Origin: Rhina ancylostomus
Taxonomy: Eukaryota
Assembly: GCA_030265395.1 (NCBI GenBank)
Contig: JARFYF010000063.1
Coordinates: forward strand, 35,910,730-35,972,656
Direction of reading: 5' to 3'
Length of the DNA stretch: 61,927 nucleotides
A program made the translations under genes and the position numbers. The notes beneath the pieces are model-generated. The model was not told where the DNA came from and ran no database searches. It worked only from the letters and a program-made list of their open reading frames with translations. Positions 25,286-39,199 of this stretch are shown here, in pieces; the stretch's first letter is position 1; each line of letters starts with the position of its first letter.

Positions 25286-28200
25286 CTATGTCAGTTTCAG
25301 ATTCAAAACTGGGGAAAGCAGCTTTATCCAGCTGAAGTTGTTTGTCAACTATGTGACTTCTCTTCCTGTTTTCCATTAGACCATGACCCAACTGCTAAAG
25401 ATTTTCCTTCTTCCTCACTCTTTCTCTTATCTGCCACCATCTTGGGGACTTCCCAGACTTGAACACCTATTTAAATCTATGCATATCAATTGTACTTTTT
25501 TTGCATAGCCTCAAAAATGTACAGATTAGACTGTTTAACTAAATTCCCCCTCTTTAAACTAGTTTCCTATACCTGGAGTACTTTCTACTTTGCTTCTGCT
25601 CCTTAGAACTAATGTGGCATCTACCAATCCATGCCCTTGTTTTCTTTAGTGTCAATTTGGTCTCTGCCAATCCATATACTTGTTTTCTCTGGTGTCTCCT
25701 TTTAATAGCTTTACAGCATTGGTCCTCTACACCATTACGGATCATACCCAGGCTTCTCTGTTATATTCCAGACCTCATCTAGCAAGCTGTCCTCCGTTTA
25801 ACTGAATTCATTTCCATCTAAAGGCTTCAGTGGTATGTTCAGCATGTTTGCTGGCACAATAGGGAGGCCTCATTTCTCAAATTCCCATGACTTCTCTCTC
25901 AGCTGGTAAAACTGGAGGTGATGATTATCAACTGAAATTGGTCATTGACTTTAATTTGGAGACATGCAAGAACTATTAAGATTATGTGAAAAGTTTATAA
26001 ACAAAAAAGTACTTAAAAAAAAATTAAAGAAAAATAAAAAAAAACACGCCTTTCCCTTTTCCTCATCCTTTGCCCTTCAATACAATCAATGGGCCTCAGA
26101 CTCGGTGAAGGATTTGACTGGCAAAATTTTTCTCCTCTGTGTAATGCTGGGTAATCTCTGCGAGGTTCCACTGCTGTCCTCAATGTGGGTTCCATCAAAC
26201 CATACTATTCAAACTGAATCTGTCAGTACACACAGGACTTGACAGTGCGTGTGTGAAAGTATGGGACAATTCGATTTCAGTGACTTAATACAGGCGATTC
26301 CCATTGGAATTGCTGACATTCATCAGCACAGTCTGGCCTTTTGTCCTCTCCTTGCAGATGAAAGGTGTATATCTGGGGACCTTAGGTCCAAAATATGCCC
26401 ATCTATCTTTGAGTATATGAGAAAGATGTCAGTTCTGCTGACATTCTCACTGATTTTTTTCTTTTATGATGAATATATTAGTACTCCTTTTCACTTTCAC
26501 TGTGATCTAGAGAGCTTAATCAAGTAAATGTTATCCTCTTGATTTTTGTACACCATCTTTCCTTCCCTTCTTGCATGAGTTTATCCAGATCTTCTAAACC
26601 CTGTAGTCCCTGTGCTTTGTCTCTCACCTCCTGCAGAGGTTGCATCCGTTCCCTTGTTCTCATCTCTGTTGTATCTACACTAATGCGTTCATCTGAAATT
26701 GTGAATCTCTGCTCTCACCCTTTCACTGTTTACATATTAACAATGCCTCCACCGTCACCCCACCCAACCCCACAAGTCACTACAGAATCCCACTATCAAA
26801 TACACTTTCTATTTTCTCATCATTTTCTATTTTAACGCATCTGGAATATTCATGTTTACTTTGCTAATACTCCTACTTTTGGCTTTTGTTACTGTGGCTA
26901 TTTTCAAAACAGTCATAACAGATATGGTGCTTGTCAATTCCACTCTTAAATGCTTTTGCATCTGGGATATCGATTTGTGTGTCAAACTCAAGTTACCATT
27001 ACAGTAAATACTGCTCTAGTGTGACTTGTCATCCATGCATTTGGACTTTTTACAACTTGGTTAACTTGGTTGAACATTCAATTTATCTGAATGATTCTGA
27101 ATTCTTGGTAGTTTCCCAGTTCCAATCTATCTGCTATTATCCTCACTTTAGCATTTGTTCTGTTATTTGAAAGACCCTTTTGTTTTTCTGGCTTGTTTTT
27201 ATTTTCTTCCTGCTCACTGTTTTGGCACAAGCAAATGCACTTCAATGTAGGAACAGGAATAGGCTGTTTAATCCCTAAGGCACTCCTACTCCCCAAGACA
27301 CTAAGACAGTGATTGATTGGTGACCTAATTCCAAATACTTGACTTTCACAATGTTATTTAATACCTTTTGATTAACAGAAGTCCATTAACTTCAGTTTTA
27401 ATGTTACAATTGATGTATTCGCCATTTGTTTGTGGATGTGTGTTCCAAACATCCAGCTCTTCTTGCATGTAGAAGCGTTACCAAAGTTCTCCTCCTGAAA
27501 ACCCTGGTTCTAAGTTTTAGACTTGTCGCACACGGTACTCTCCTTTTCTTGCTTTTGTATCAGGTCCCCTTAATATATTGAAAATAATAATCAAATCGCC
27601 TGCAGAACCTTTAGTTCAGGAAATGCAGCTCTAATTTAAGTGATCTGTTCATGTAACTTAACCATTGATACCCATGGTATAATATTGGCGAACCAATGCA
27701 GGAGCCCCTTTCAGTCCCCCCTGAGGTTGGTACATGCAACTCTGGACTTGATTATAGGAACTGAACAAGGCCCTTCAGGCCTTACCCTTACCATCTACGT
27801 AGACCAATGCTGGTCTGTGATCTAAGTCCACAGATTCATTTTTCCTTTTATCTCTTGTTAACTTTTGGTTAACAAGAATCTATTAATTTAAAGTTAACAT
27901 TTGGGATGATATTCATTGTTACCTGCAAGAGGATATTCATCCATTGCACATTTTATATGACTACTAATCACTTCACTTCTCAAAAGGTCAGTTCTTTAAC
28001 CAGGACTTGGTATAGCTGTCGTATAATTTCAGCCATGTGATATTCTTGTCCTTGGAATACATTGTCCACTTCTTCATTTTCCCTTTATGTAATCATCAAT
28101 CATATTTTAATAATCTCTGTAAATGCAGCCACTAAATTTCTTCACCGTTCCATTGTTTCCAGCTTTTCACTAACTTGAAAGTTCATTGTTATATCCTTTG

Positions 28201-28499
28201 TCATTCCAAAATTAATGACTTCATTACTGGCCTACCTTCCATAATTTTGCTGAATTACTTAATTTGTTTTTGGACCAGATCTTGCTGATTAACATCATGT
28301 ACTAGCCCTGCTGCTGCACTAAATTTTTTGCCACTGCATTACTTCCATTGCACTGTTGATGATGCCAGCATGGCCTTTCCATGAGATGTAATGGGTCATG
28401 AACCACAACTAGGCAGCTAATGTCCCACCCATGGATTACCTTGATGGCATCCTGATGGCTTGTGCTGTGGAAGGCCATTTCACTGTTTCTAAACAACTT

Positions 28500-28990
28500 T
28501 GATCAGAGACATTTGGTAATGGATGGGCAAGGTCATGGCAGATGGAATATAATGTGGGGGGAAATGTGAGGTCATCTACTTTGGCAGGAAGAAACAAGAG
28601 TTTTTTTTGAATGATGAGCGTTTGAAAGATACTCAAAGGGACCTGGATGTTTTTGTGCATGAACCGTTATAAGTTACCATTGCAGGTAAACTAGCTATTA
28701 GGAAGGCTTTTGGTATTTTGGCCTTTATTGCAGTAGGATTTGAGTACAAGAATAGAGACACCTTGCTTCAGTTATATGGTGACCATATCTGGAATATTAA
28801 GTACGAGTCTCATCTCCTTACCTAAGGAAAGATACACTTGCGATGGAGGTTTCTGGGGCTGTGAGTTTGTCATATGAAGAGAAATTAAGCAGACTGGGCC
28901 TATTCTCTTGCGTTTAGATGATTCTGATGGCATGGTAGACAAAGCAATGAGGCTGAATGGCCTGCTATTTTTTTTATTTCTTATGTGCTT
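28500..28990 (+). mobile_element. CR1-type LINE fragment
   Basis: tggcagatggaatataatgtg...tgtgaggtcatctactttggcagga motif and a gctgaatggcctgct tail. Confidence 0.75.
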
Positions 28991-29809
28991 GCATTTTTAG
29001 CTAAATTTGCCATTCAAATGAATAGGGGCTATGCTAAGGTTGAAGTAGAAATTTTCCACATTTGGCTCTTGACAAAACAAGTGGACCTATCTTCACACTG
29101 TCATGTTCAGGTGGTAGGCTAGTTTCCTCAGAAGGTTCTGCAGGATATGGCTACGAAGCCTTTGAAGGTGATGTTTTTGTGAAACAAAACGTTACTGGCT
29201 ATGGTGTTAGTGTGAATTTAAAATCATTTTAGCACAGGAGGAGGCCATTTCTTCTCTCTTTGAAAGAACTGACCAATTTAGTCACCTGAATTGCATGGGG
29301 AAAAGAATGTCTTCATTAGTAGAAACATGAAAGCGCAGAAAAAGTACTTGTTTTGGTAGTCTGTTGTCAGGTATGCAAATGTCATTGCCTACTCAACATT
29401 GCTAACTGGGTAACTAAGATCTAAATTCTAGGAGACTACAATGATGTTGGAATGTGTAGGGTTTTGCAGAGACAGCCTAAGTAGTAATTTTTCAGTGACT
29501 CGAGGTGCTTGCTGCTGGTAGTCCAAGTCTCAGAAGCGTACAAAAGAGCAGGGATCACAACTGCCTCACAGGCCATCAGTTTTGTGCCAGGTCTGTGACC
29601 TTAAACTTTTCTTTTTCTCAATTGATCAAAGGCTGTACTGGGGCATTGAAGGCAGTGATGAATTTTGTCATTGATGCTCACCTTTGCTGAGGTGACATGT
29701 GAGATATAGGAACTGATCCATTTTGTTTCTGAACATTTGTCAGAGGGCACTGGTTTTATGGATGTTTGGTGCAGCAGGGAAAGGTTGTTTGGGGACTTTT
29801 AGAATGTAG

Positions 29810-30745
29810 ATCAGTACAGCACAGGCCCTTTGGCTCACCATGTCTGTGCTGATCATGTTGCCAGTCCAAACTAATCTCATCTGCCTACACATGGTCTGTA
29901 TCCCTCTATTCCCTGCCTCTTCATGCCTGTCTAAATGCATCTTAAACATCGCTATTNNNNNNNNNNNNNNNNNNNNNNNNNNNNNNNNNNNNNNNNNNNN
30001 NNNNNNNNNNNNNNNNNNNNNNNNNNNNNNNNNNNNNNNNNNNNNNNNNNNNNNNNTTGTATCTGCCTCCAACACTTCCTCTGGCAGTGCATTCCAAGCA
30101 CCTACCGGTCTCTGTGTAAAAGAAAAAACACCCCAAAAACTTGCCTCATAAATCTCCTTTAAACTTTGCCCCTCTCATCTTTAAAGTTATGCCCGTAGTG
30201 TTTGACATTTCCATCCTGGGGAAAAAAACTGATCTCTCTTTATAGCAAATGTTCTCTAATCCAGGCAACATCCTGATGAACCTCCTCGGCACCCTCTCCA
30301 AAGCCTCCACATCCTTCCCGTAATGGAGCGACCAGAACTGCACATACTACTCTAGATGTGTCCTAACCAAATTTTATACAACTGTAACATAACTTCCTGA
30401 CTTTCATACTTGACATCCCTACCAATGAAGGCAAGTATGCTGTAGACCTTCTTTACTACCCTATTTGTCTTCTTTCAGGGGGCAAAGGACTTGCATGCCT
30501 AGATTCCTCTGTACATCAGTGCCCCAAAGGGCCCTGCCATTTACTGTATACTTTCCTCTTGCATTTGACCTCCCAAAATCCAACACCTCACACTTGTCTG
30601 GATTAAATGCCATCTGCCATTTCTCTGCCCACACTTTCAACTAGTCTATATCCTGTTGAATCCTTTGACAGTCTTCCTCTCTATCTACAACTCCACCAAT
30701 TTTTGTGTTATCTGCAAACTTACTAATAATCTACCTGTATATCAC
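29810..30745 (-). mobile_element. Antisense CR1-type LINE (contains N gap 29957-30056)
   Basis: ORF 30146-30343(-) reads QFWSLHYGKDVEALERVPRRFIRMLPGL, a CR1 ORF2 C-terminal motif. Confidence 0.9.
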
Positions 30746-33204
30746 AAACAACAGAATTGCAGATGTTTTGTTTTGCAGATGTTGAGTGTAAGGCCCATGC
30801 TGGTGTGCTTCAGTGAAAGAGTCACAAAGGTTTGGCTTCTTAAATGTGTGCAAATGCAAGCATCACCTGCATACTGCAGCTTGACTGCTGAAGTTTGGAT
30901 GACCTTGGTTCCAGTGTGTAGTCATAATTAGCTGAACAGTTTCCCATTAATAATAAAGATTACCTCCACTATTGGAGGAGGTTTATTGGATGTGGGGTGC
31001 AACATTGCCATAAGAAAGATTTAAGCAATAATGCAATCTTGTTTGACTCTGATCTTTGGTGAGATTTGGCTCTGTTGAAGACACTTTGGTTAGTATTGTA
31101 GAGCAAATATAAAGGGGAGATGAATCTCTTGTGGGCACCTGAATTTAGGGAGGTTGTTCCACAGTCGTTTCTGATTAATTGGTGCAGCCCTTATTGTATC
31201 TTTTAACATTTTTCTAGGAAGAGTTATAAGCTTTTCTAGTCCAGCCAAGTTCAGCTCATTCTTGAACTATTCTTGTAAATTTTTACATTCTTGAGGAGCT
31301 TCACATCTTAATGTGTGGTGACCAGATTTGAACATGCTACTCCAGCTGTGGCCAAACCAAAGTTCAGATGTTTGCCTAACCTGTTTTGTATTCTCTCTCT
31401 GCTTATCTAACCCAGGATCCCATATGTCTTACTAACAACCATTTCAATGTGCCCTGCTACCTTTTGAATGGACGTATCCATGCAGGTCTCTGTTTTAATG
31501 CACATTTCTACAGTAATATTAGTCTACGCAGTCATTTAATTTTTTTTCTATCAATATTTAACACTTCACCCTTTTCTGCATGAAATTTCTCTTTACTTGT
31601 CTGCCCATTATATCAGGCTATCATTGTTATTTGCTGCCTATCAGTATCCTGTTCCTCACTGTTCACCACCACTCCAAGATTGGTGTCATCTACAAATGTT
31701 TAAATTTTACCCTGCACATCCATACTTAAATCATTACTACCTGTTAGTTCTGGCACTGACTCCTGAGAAATGCCACTGTCTACCACCTTTCAGGCTGAAA
31801 AGCAGCTCTGCTTATTGTCCTTAAGCAATATGCCCCCCTCCGGTTTTCCCTTCTAGATCTTTAGCAATTGATTTTTGAATCTATTACCTTGCCAGAGGAA
31901 AGATTGTTTCCTTGCTTGAGTGTTCAAACTTTTCAATATTTGAAATACCTTTGCTACCTTGGGAGAGAACTCCAACTTTTCCAATCTCTCCCCATAATTG
32001 AAATCCCTCATCTGTCTTATTATCCTAATAAAACTCTAACAAAACACCTCTGCAGAGTTTTGGCATTCTTCTTAAAGTGTGTGCCTTAAATTGTGCACAA
32101 TGCTCCCAGCAGAAATTACAAAGTGAATTATAAAGATGTATATTTGAGTGAATTTGTTGCTTTTGTATTTCATGCTCTAATTTACAAAATCAGATATCCT
32201 CTCATGCCCTAATCATCAACATAATTTGTCAGCTTTGATTTGCAAATCACACATCAATGTAGTGCCATTTAGATTGAGTATACTTGGCTTTTAAAGTCTG
32301 CATAGTTATCAGTATGTTTTTCTTTCATAATATCACTTCACCCACATTAACTTTGAGTGTCCCGAGGAGGTGTAAAAATCAATTTGTTTGAGGTCATTAC
32401 AAGCAATATAGAATTCATAGAACTATGTTGTAATTGAACCTACAACCTAATACTTCAATTATTGTACAATTGTTGGGAAAATGACTGCTGCTAAGTATCC
32501 ACCAAAATGTTTTATTTGCAGCATTCATTAAATAATTTTAAAATGCTACTCAGCTTTACCTAACTTTTCATTCATACTTAATGGATTATAAATTGGCATT
32601 TATTTTTCCAGTAAACTATAAAGTGTTTTATGCAAAGTTTAAATGAGCATAAGCATATCTTGGCATTTGTAATATTGTTGTGGACAGCTGGCCTACATTT
32701 TAAGTTTCAAAAGTAGAGTACTGCAGATGCAGGAAACTTGAAATATAAACTAAAAAGGGTAAGTGTTTTCAACAGGTCAGGTGGCTCCTCTGCAAAGAGA
32801 AACTGAGTTGGTGTTTCAGGATAATTACGTTTCATCATTTGAGATGCTGCTATTTGACTTGCCTGACCTACAGACTGTTGACATCATTACAATTTTATAT
32901 TTTTGATTTTTATTTTTGTGGTCTGCACCTAAGAAAGTGTGCTGCTGCTCAGTAACTTGTTGTCATGACAGTGGGCTGCATTGAGGTGACTGACAGTCAG
33001 ATGTTCAGTAGGGTCCTGCTGGCTGTTAGCCATTCACAACTCAAATCCTTTCTGACTTCCACATTGCTTAACCAAATACAAAAGTTTAAAATAACTGGCT
33101 CTGCACTTTTATACCATGGATGAATGGTGAATGGCCTTGCAGGCATGTGAATTATCAGTCATTTAAAAACAGTTTAAAAGCCTTTAATAGTGACAAATTG
33201 TCAA

Positions 33205-33611
33205 ACAATGTTATAGCTGTATAAGACACTGGTGAGAATGCACTTAGAGTATTGTGCGCAGTCCTAGTCGCCACACTATTGGAAGAATGTGATTAAGCTA
33301 GCGAGGGTGCAGAAAAGATTCTCAAGGATGTTACCTGGACTAGAGGGCTTAATTTATAAGGAGAGACAGGATAGACTGAGTCTGTTTACCTGGAGTGAAG
33401 GATGCTGAGGGGTGACCTTATAGAGGTTCATAAAATCATAGATGGGGTAGATAGTCACAGTCTTTATCCCAGAGTGGAGGGAGTCTAAAACTAGAGGGCA
33501 TAGATTTAAGGTGAGAATGGAAAGATTTAAAGGGGATCTGAGAGGTGAGTTTTTCCATGCAGAAGATGGTGGTTATATGAAATGAGCTGTAAGAGGAAAT
33601 GGTCTAGGCAG
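33205..33611 (+). mobile_element. CR1-type LINE 3' fragment, ending at an N gap
   Basis: gagtattgtgcgcagtcctagtcgccacactat...gagggtgcagaaaagattc. Confidence 0.85.
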
Positions 33612-34279
33612 NNNNNNNNNNNNNNNNNNNNNNNNNNNNNNNNNNNNNNNNNNNNNNNNNNNNNNNNNNNNNNNNNNNNNNNNNNNNNNNNNNNNNNNNN
33701 NNNNNNNNNNNNNNNNNNNNNNNNNNNNNNNNNNNNNNNNNNNNNNNNNNNNNNNNNNNNNNNNNNNNNNNNNNNNNNNNNNNNNNNNNNNNNNNNNNNN
33801 NNNNNNNNNNNNNNNNNNNNNNNNNNNNNNNNNNNNNNNNNNNNNNNNNNNNNNNNNNNNNNNNNNNNNNNNNNNNNNNNNNNNNNNNNNNNNNNNNNNN
33901 NNNNNNNNNNNNNNNNNNNNNNNNNNNNNNNNNNNNNNNNNNNNNNNNNNNNNNNNNNNNNNNNNNNNNNNNNNNNNNNNNNNNNNNNNNNNNNNNNNNN
34001 NNNNNNNNNNNNNNNNNNNNNNNNNNNNNNNNNNNNNNNNNNNNNNNNNNNNNNNNNNNNNNNNNNNNNNNNNNNNNNNNNNNNNNNNNNNNNNNNNNNN
34101 NNNNNNNNNTTGAGGGAGAGGGTCCAGGCAGTGGACTGGGTCCTGCACGATCTGGCCTATTGTGTTAATTGCTGATTTTCAGTCTCAGTTTTTTCTGGAT
34201 AAAGGAATTTGACATTTAAATGCAAATAACAAAGTCAGATGAAGTCACAAAAGATTGAACCATAAACATTTGTTAAGAA

Positions 34280-35705
34280 GATTATGCACTTGGAGAGGCA
34301 TGGTTTCAGGTGGAGTCAGCATGGCTTTAAGAGGACTTCCTGTCTGACTAATTTGATTGAATTTTTCAAGGTAGTGACTAAATATGTTGATGAGTATAGT
34401 GCGGTTGATGTAGTCTACATGGAATTTGGTAAGGCCTTTGACCCTGTGCCATATGGGATCCAGGGCAAATTGGCAAATGGATTTAAAACTGGCTTGGTGA
34501 TGGGAGGTAGAGCATGACAGTAGAGGGTTGTTCTCTTTTACAATCTGAGGCCTGAGATGAGTGATGTACCACAGGTATTGGTTCTGGGACCCTTGCTGTT
34601 ATGCATGTTAAAATATGGATGTGAATATAGNNNNNNNNNNNNNNNNNNNNNNNTGGTTTTGTTGATAGTGAGGGTAGTCTTCAAGTACAGAATGATATTG
34701 ACTATAGATTAAATAGGCAGGAAAGGTAAGTGGAATTTAATCCTGTAGAATGTGAGATGGTGCATTTGGGAGGACTAAAGGCCAGGATGTACGCAATGAA
34801 TGGTAGGACCCTAAGTACTGAGGAGCAGAGGGACCTTGGTGTACATGTCCAAGGGTCTCTGAAGGCAATAGCACAGTTAAGTTTATGAAGAAAGCAGACA
34901 GAATACTTGGCTTCATTAGCCAAAGCATAGTATACAGGCCCTTAAAGAACTGACAGATTGCCAACTAAAAACTTGAGATGCAGAATAAAATTCGCTCTCA
35001 TGGTATTCATGTGGGTAGGAAAAAAAGTAAACAAAATTAATTTTTTCCAATGTGCATTTCTTGACTCTTGCACAAATGATGCAGCTTAATAATTACACAA
35101 AATTGTAATGTGGGCCATTTTCTAGGAAGGTAACCTGCGCCCCCCCCTCCCCCCCCCCCCCGCATCATGGGCGGGGGGGGGTTGTCTGCTATGGTACAAC
35201 TGTGTATAACATTAGTTAAGTTACAGCTGAAGAACTGTCTGCATTTCTGGTCATCATGTTATAGGAAGAATATGATTGCAATGGAAAGCTTGCAGAGAAG
35301 ATTCACCAGAATGTTGTCTAGGATGAAGAGCTTCAGTGGTGAGGAGATTTTGGAGTAGAGAAAGCTGAGGGGTGATCTGATTAAGATATGCAGCATTGAT
35401 GGAGTATAGATGGGGGAGAAAGTGAGAAACTTTATCCCCTGAGCAGAGGTGTCTATAATCAGTGTGCATAGCTTTAAGGAGATTTAGAGGGAATTTGTGG
35501 ATTTTCTCTTTCACCCAGAAGGCAGTTGAAATCTGAATTGCACTGCCTGAGGGGGTGGTGGATGTAGGTACACTCACAGCATTTGAGCACCTGTATGTTG
35601 TGGCAAAGAAGACTATGGGCCAAGTACTGGAAAATGGAATTAATATAGATTGGAAGGGACATGTTGGGCCCAAAGGCCTCTTTCTGTGGTGTATGACTGT
35701 GACTC
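34280..35705 (+). mobile_element. CR1-type LINE RT to 3' end, interrupted at about 34940-35185
   Basis: ORFs read SQHGFKRTSCLTNLIEFF...AVDVVYMEFGKAFD and FWSSCYRKNMIAMESLQRRFTRM. Confidence 0.9.
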
Positions 35706-37966
35706 TTTACTTTTTTTTAAAAGGGTTTAAAAAAAAATGCAATAATCCAAAGTAGAACTAAAACCCTGAACATGAATAAAGTCAGATTTTAGACTAAGTA
35801 GAAGCAGACTAATTAAGAGCCTAATATATTGCCTTTGAAAATATACATAAAGGCAAGCATTGAGATCTGTTTAAGTAGAGGGAAAAAAAGTAGTGATTGC
35901 TTTAATTTTTTTTTAAAACGTGGGAATGTTCAATTGTGTTGTTTAACTGTATTGTGTGTAAGTGATTAGATCAATTTCTGCAATAGGTAGGTGGAAAGAA
36001 ATGGATTGAATAAATTTCTTGGAAATTCTCAAACTACAATGAAACCTATTCTTACCATATGTTTATGCTGTGCACACATTTGATTATGCACGACTTATAC
36101 AGAGTTGTTTCTATTTCAGCATTTAACATTGTTCACTTTTGCCATTACAGTAAATTGTTTGTTACTGAAAGGAATCTATTGTACAGATTGGGGTAAAATT
36201 ATTTATGTAAATTTTAAGTGCTGTAATCTGTTCAGAGTAGAAAAACTGCAACAGCTAACTGAGCAAATTATATTGAAACCGAACATCTCACTATACATAC
36301 CATTTTTTTTTCCTGCACTTTCAAACTCAAACCTTTAGTTCCCTAACCTTCTGGAGGTGCCATTTGATGATGCAACGAACAGCAGGAACTTGCACTGTTG
36401 ATTCTGCTGTTTATCTCTTTTAATAAGATTTAAGGATCGAGGAAGATGCAACCAGGAAAGAGGATAAATTATATGCAGAAAGCAAGATTGGATGAAGATA
36501 ACAGACATGTTTTCAAAATAAAATTAAAAATATAAATTTGAAATTTCTAAACTAATGGCATGAATAAGATTTAGCAGTTTGAATTCTTCTCTCTGAGCCA
36601 GAGAAATTGATCAGTATTGAATTATAAGATTACTGATTGATCTCTGTCTGTGGGGTAAGTTATTGGTCTATAATATGCAAATCCAGCAAGTTCCTAAAAA
36701 AAAATCATGGAGGCCAAGGTGAGATGGCAATTTTTTTTAGGACAAATGCCAAGGCAATGTACAAGCAAGTTCTGGTATTTCACAATGAACTTAACCCTGA
36801 ATTTGCTGGCTGATTTGCATATGAACCACACATTGGGGGAATATTTCAAAATAAGAATATCAATACATATCAGTTACAAAAATAAACTTGGTTCCAGAAA
36901 TTTCAGCATTGATCGCAATTTTTCCACGATAGAAAGCTGCTTTTCATTATTAATGTGGTAATGAATTATTTAATACCAATTTTGAGCTTTTCCATCTCCT
37001 TTTTGCCCTAAGTAAAGGCTTTCTACTTAGATTAGGTCGACGTTTTTGGAATTTGTTCACATGGAACAAATCTTGACCTAAGGGGTGGTCCAAAATGTTT
37101 AGAATTTTAAAAGATGAACTAGTTTTGAAATAGTGAAATAATGGACAAAGGGGATGTAAATTGGATTTCACTATTGATAGATACAAATGCAGAAATGAGT
37201 GTTAGAGGTTTTCCTGAATAACAGTCCCACTTAGCCCATAAAATGCTAGACAGAATAAAACAAATAACATCCTGGAGTAATTTTGTTCTGTTGTTTACAT
37301 TGCTTATAAGTTATTTAGAAGTAGAAAGACTAAAAACTGCCAGACAAAGATGAGGCCTCATTTTCTTTTAACCTGTGGCAAATAGAATTGCCATGCCTGA
37401 AGATGCCTGCCATTCCCTTGAAGCAAATAAATTCTGAAGGCAAATCTCTCAAGATGTGACCGATCAAAATGTTGCTATTTGCATAACTGAAGTGTTACTC
37501 GAGCAGTCATTTTTGCCAGTTTGCTGTTAAGCCATGCTACCAGATGGGGGGCCAACAATGTGTCAGTGTCAGGTTCAGGTACAGATTCTGATGGAATGTT
37601 TTGGTTAGGGCAGGCTAGATAGTGTACTGAGAGCAATGGACATTGAGGAACTTAACAGCCGATATTTTTTTTTGTGCATCTCCTTAATGAGGTTTATGCA
37701 TTGAGAAAGAAACAAGGGAAAGGGAGAGAGTACTATTTAGTATTTTGGGTCAGAATGATTTGCTTAGTAATCATGCATGTGCTCTCTGGTCTAGGTAAAT
37801 AAAAATGTATAGTTTGCATAGTAAGTCAATTTTTTCTGCTTTTCTGTAACCTTTCCAGATTGGGTCAGGTATTGGAACATTATAAGTACTTGGACTGGTT
37901 CGGATTGGGTGTGGTTTTAACTTGTGCTCTAACACCATTAGAAATTAAGCCTTTTTTTTGTTTCAG

Positions 37967-38155
37967 GAAATATTGGACCTGCAAGATGAAGTAAATGAGT
38001 TGAACACCACCCTTCTATTTTACCATACACATAACGACCAAAAGCTGCATCACATTGATTTAGTTGTTAGTAATCTGAGCCAGAGAATTACCTTGCTGGA
38101 AGGAAATTTTCTAAATGCTGATGCTACTAAAATCAAGAGCATAAATAGTACTATG
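37967..38155 (+). CDS. EFCAB14: EFCAB14 coding exon (equivalent to human exon 7)
   Basis: Acceptor cttttttttgtttcag, donor ATG|GTAAGT. Encodes EILDLQDEVNELNTTLLFYHTHNDQKLHHIDLVVSNLSQRITLLEGNFLNADATKIKSINSTM; compare recalled human NDLKL...VSNLTQRVNLIE. 189 nt, phase 0 to 0. Confidence 0.92.
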
Positions 38156-39199
38156 GTAAGTATAATTATTTTTAATTCCAAACTGTAAGTGCTGGCTGGC
38201 TGATAAGTTTATCCAACTGTGGTCTATTTGAATTTCTTGCATTTGACTGTAAGAATGTACATGTATTACCAAAAATGAAGAAAAATAATTTGATGCATAA
38301 AACTTTCTTTATTCTTAACTAAGGCTGTTGAACAATTTAATAGAAAATAAATTTGATCATGATTAATTACATAATTTTAAAATTATGTTAATTATCTTAC
38401 TATCAGATGCTAACATTTTCAGAGTAAATGGAAAATGCTGTTCCTTTGTAATGGAATAACAAAATGTAAAATTTTCCTATGTTCTAATCACTTTGTGGGC
38501 TTACCTATGTCTATCTGAACTTTGACCCTACACTCCTTGGATCTTGTGTTTCTCTAATTCCAGCTGTTTGTCATTCCCTGATTTTGTTTTTAACTTCACA
38601 ACTGGCAACTCTGCATCTACTGTTAAATAGCTTGCTGGTGCTCTTTGCTGTTTGTTTTGGTTGAAAACCTGTGGGGCAAAGCAAAGGATGTGTCTAGGAA
38701 AGGAAATTAATAAGCAAATTTGGGACTCTTCCACTTGCCTCAGCCCCTCCACCTGCACTAGGTATGGTTTCAGAGCCAGATTAAGATCAACTGGACTGAT
38801 GTTTCAGCATGATGTCAGTTGACACCAAATGGATCTGCATCCAGGCTGCTGTGAAACATCCTGAACGCTACATTCTGGAAAGGTCTGGACTTCTTTCTAT
38901 GCACTGTCTCTATCATTTCATCTCTTGCCCATCCACCTCCCCTACTCCTCCTTTCAAAGTGCATAACTGCTAATGGAAATAGGAATTTAACTTTGCTTTA
39001 AAAAAAAGGATAGGTTGCTTTTTTTTTGCTGAAGTGTTTGGTTAAGGGATTAGTTATTTATTTAAGTGTAGTTGACAAGATCATTTGAGCAAAGTCCCTG
39101 TTTGGATAATGATAAACTGATATAGGAAGCAACAGAATTCCAATGGTAATAGTGCACCACTAAACAAAATCAGTAGTAAAACTAAATATGTTGTAGCTG

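Noticed and set aside
30779-30829. 51-nt phase-0 AG/GT segment (MLSVRPMLVCFSERVTK) as the missing EFCAB14 exon
   Set aside because: It appears to lie in LINE-derived sequence, has a weak donor (GTTTGG) and shows no similarity to EFCAB14.
33573-34175. ORFs of 191 and 197 aa
   Set aside because: Artefacts of reading through the 499-N gap; the same applies to the other X-rich ORFs.
37859-37868. Strong acceptor followed by a GT 10 nt later, just upstream of the 37967 exon
   Set aside because: Frameshifting, and too close to the next exon to be credible without transcript data.
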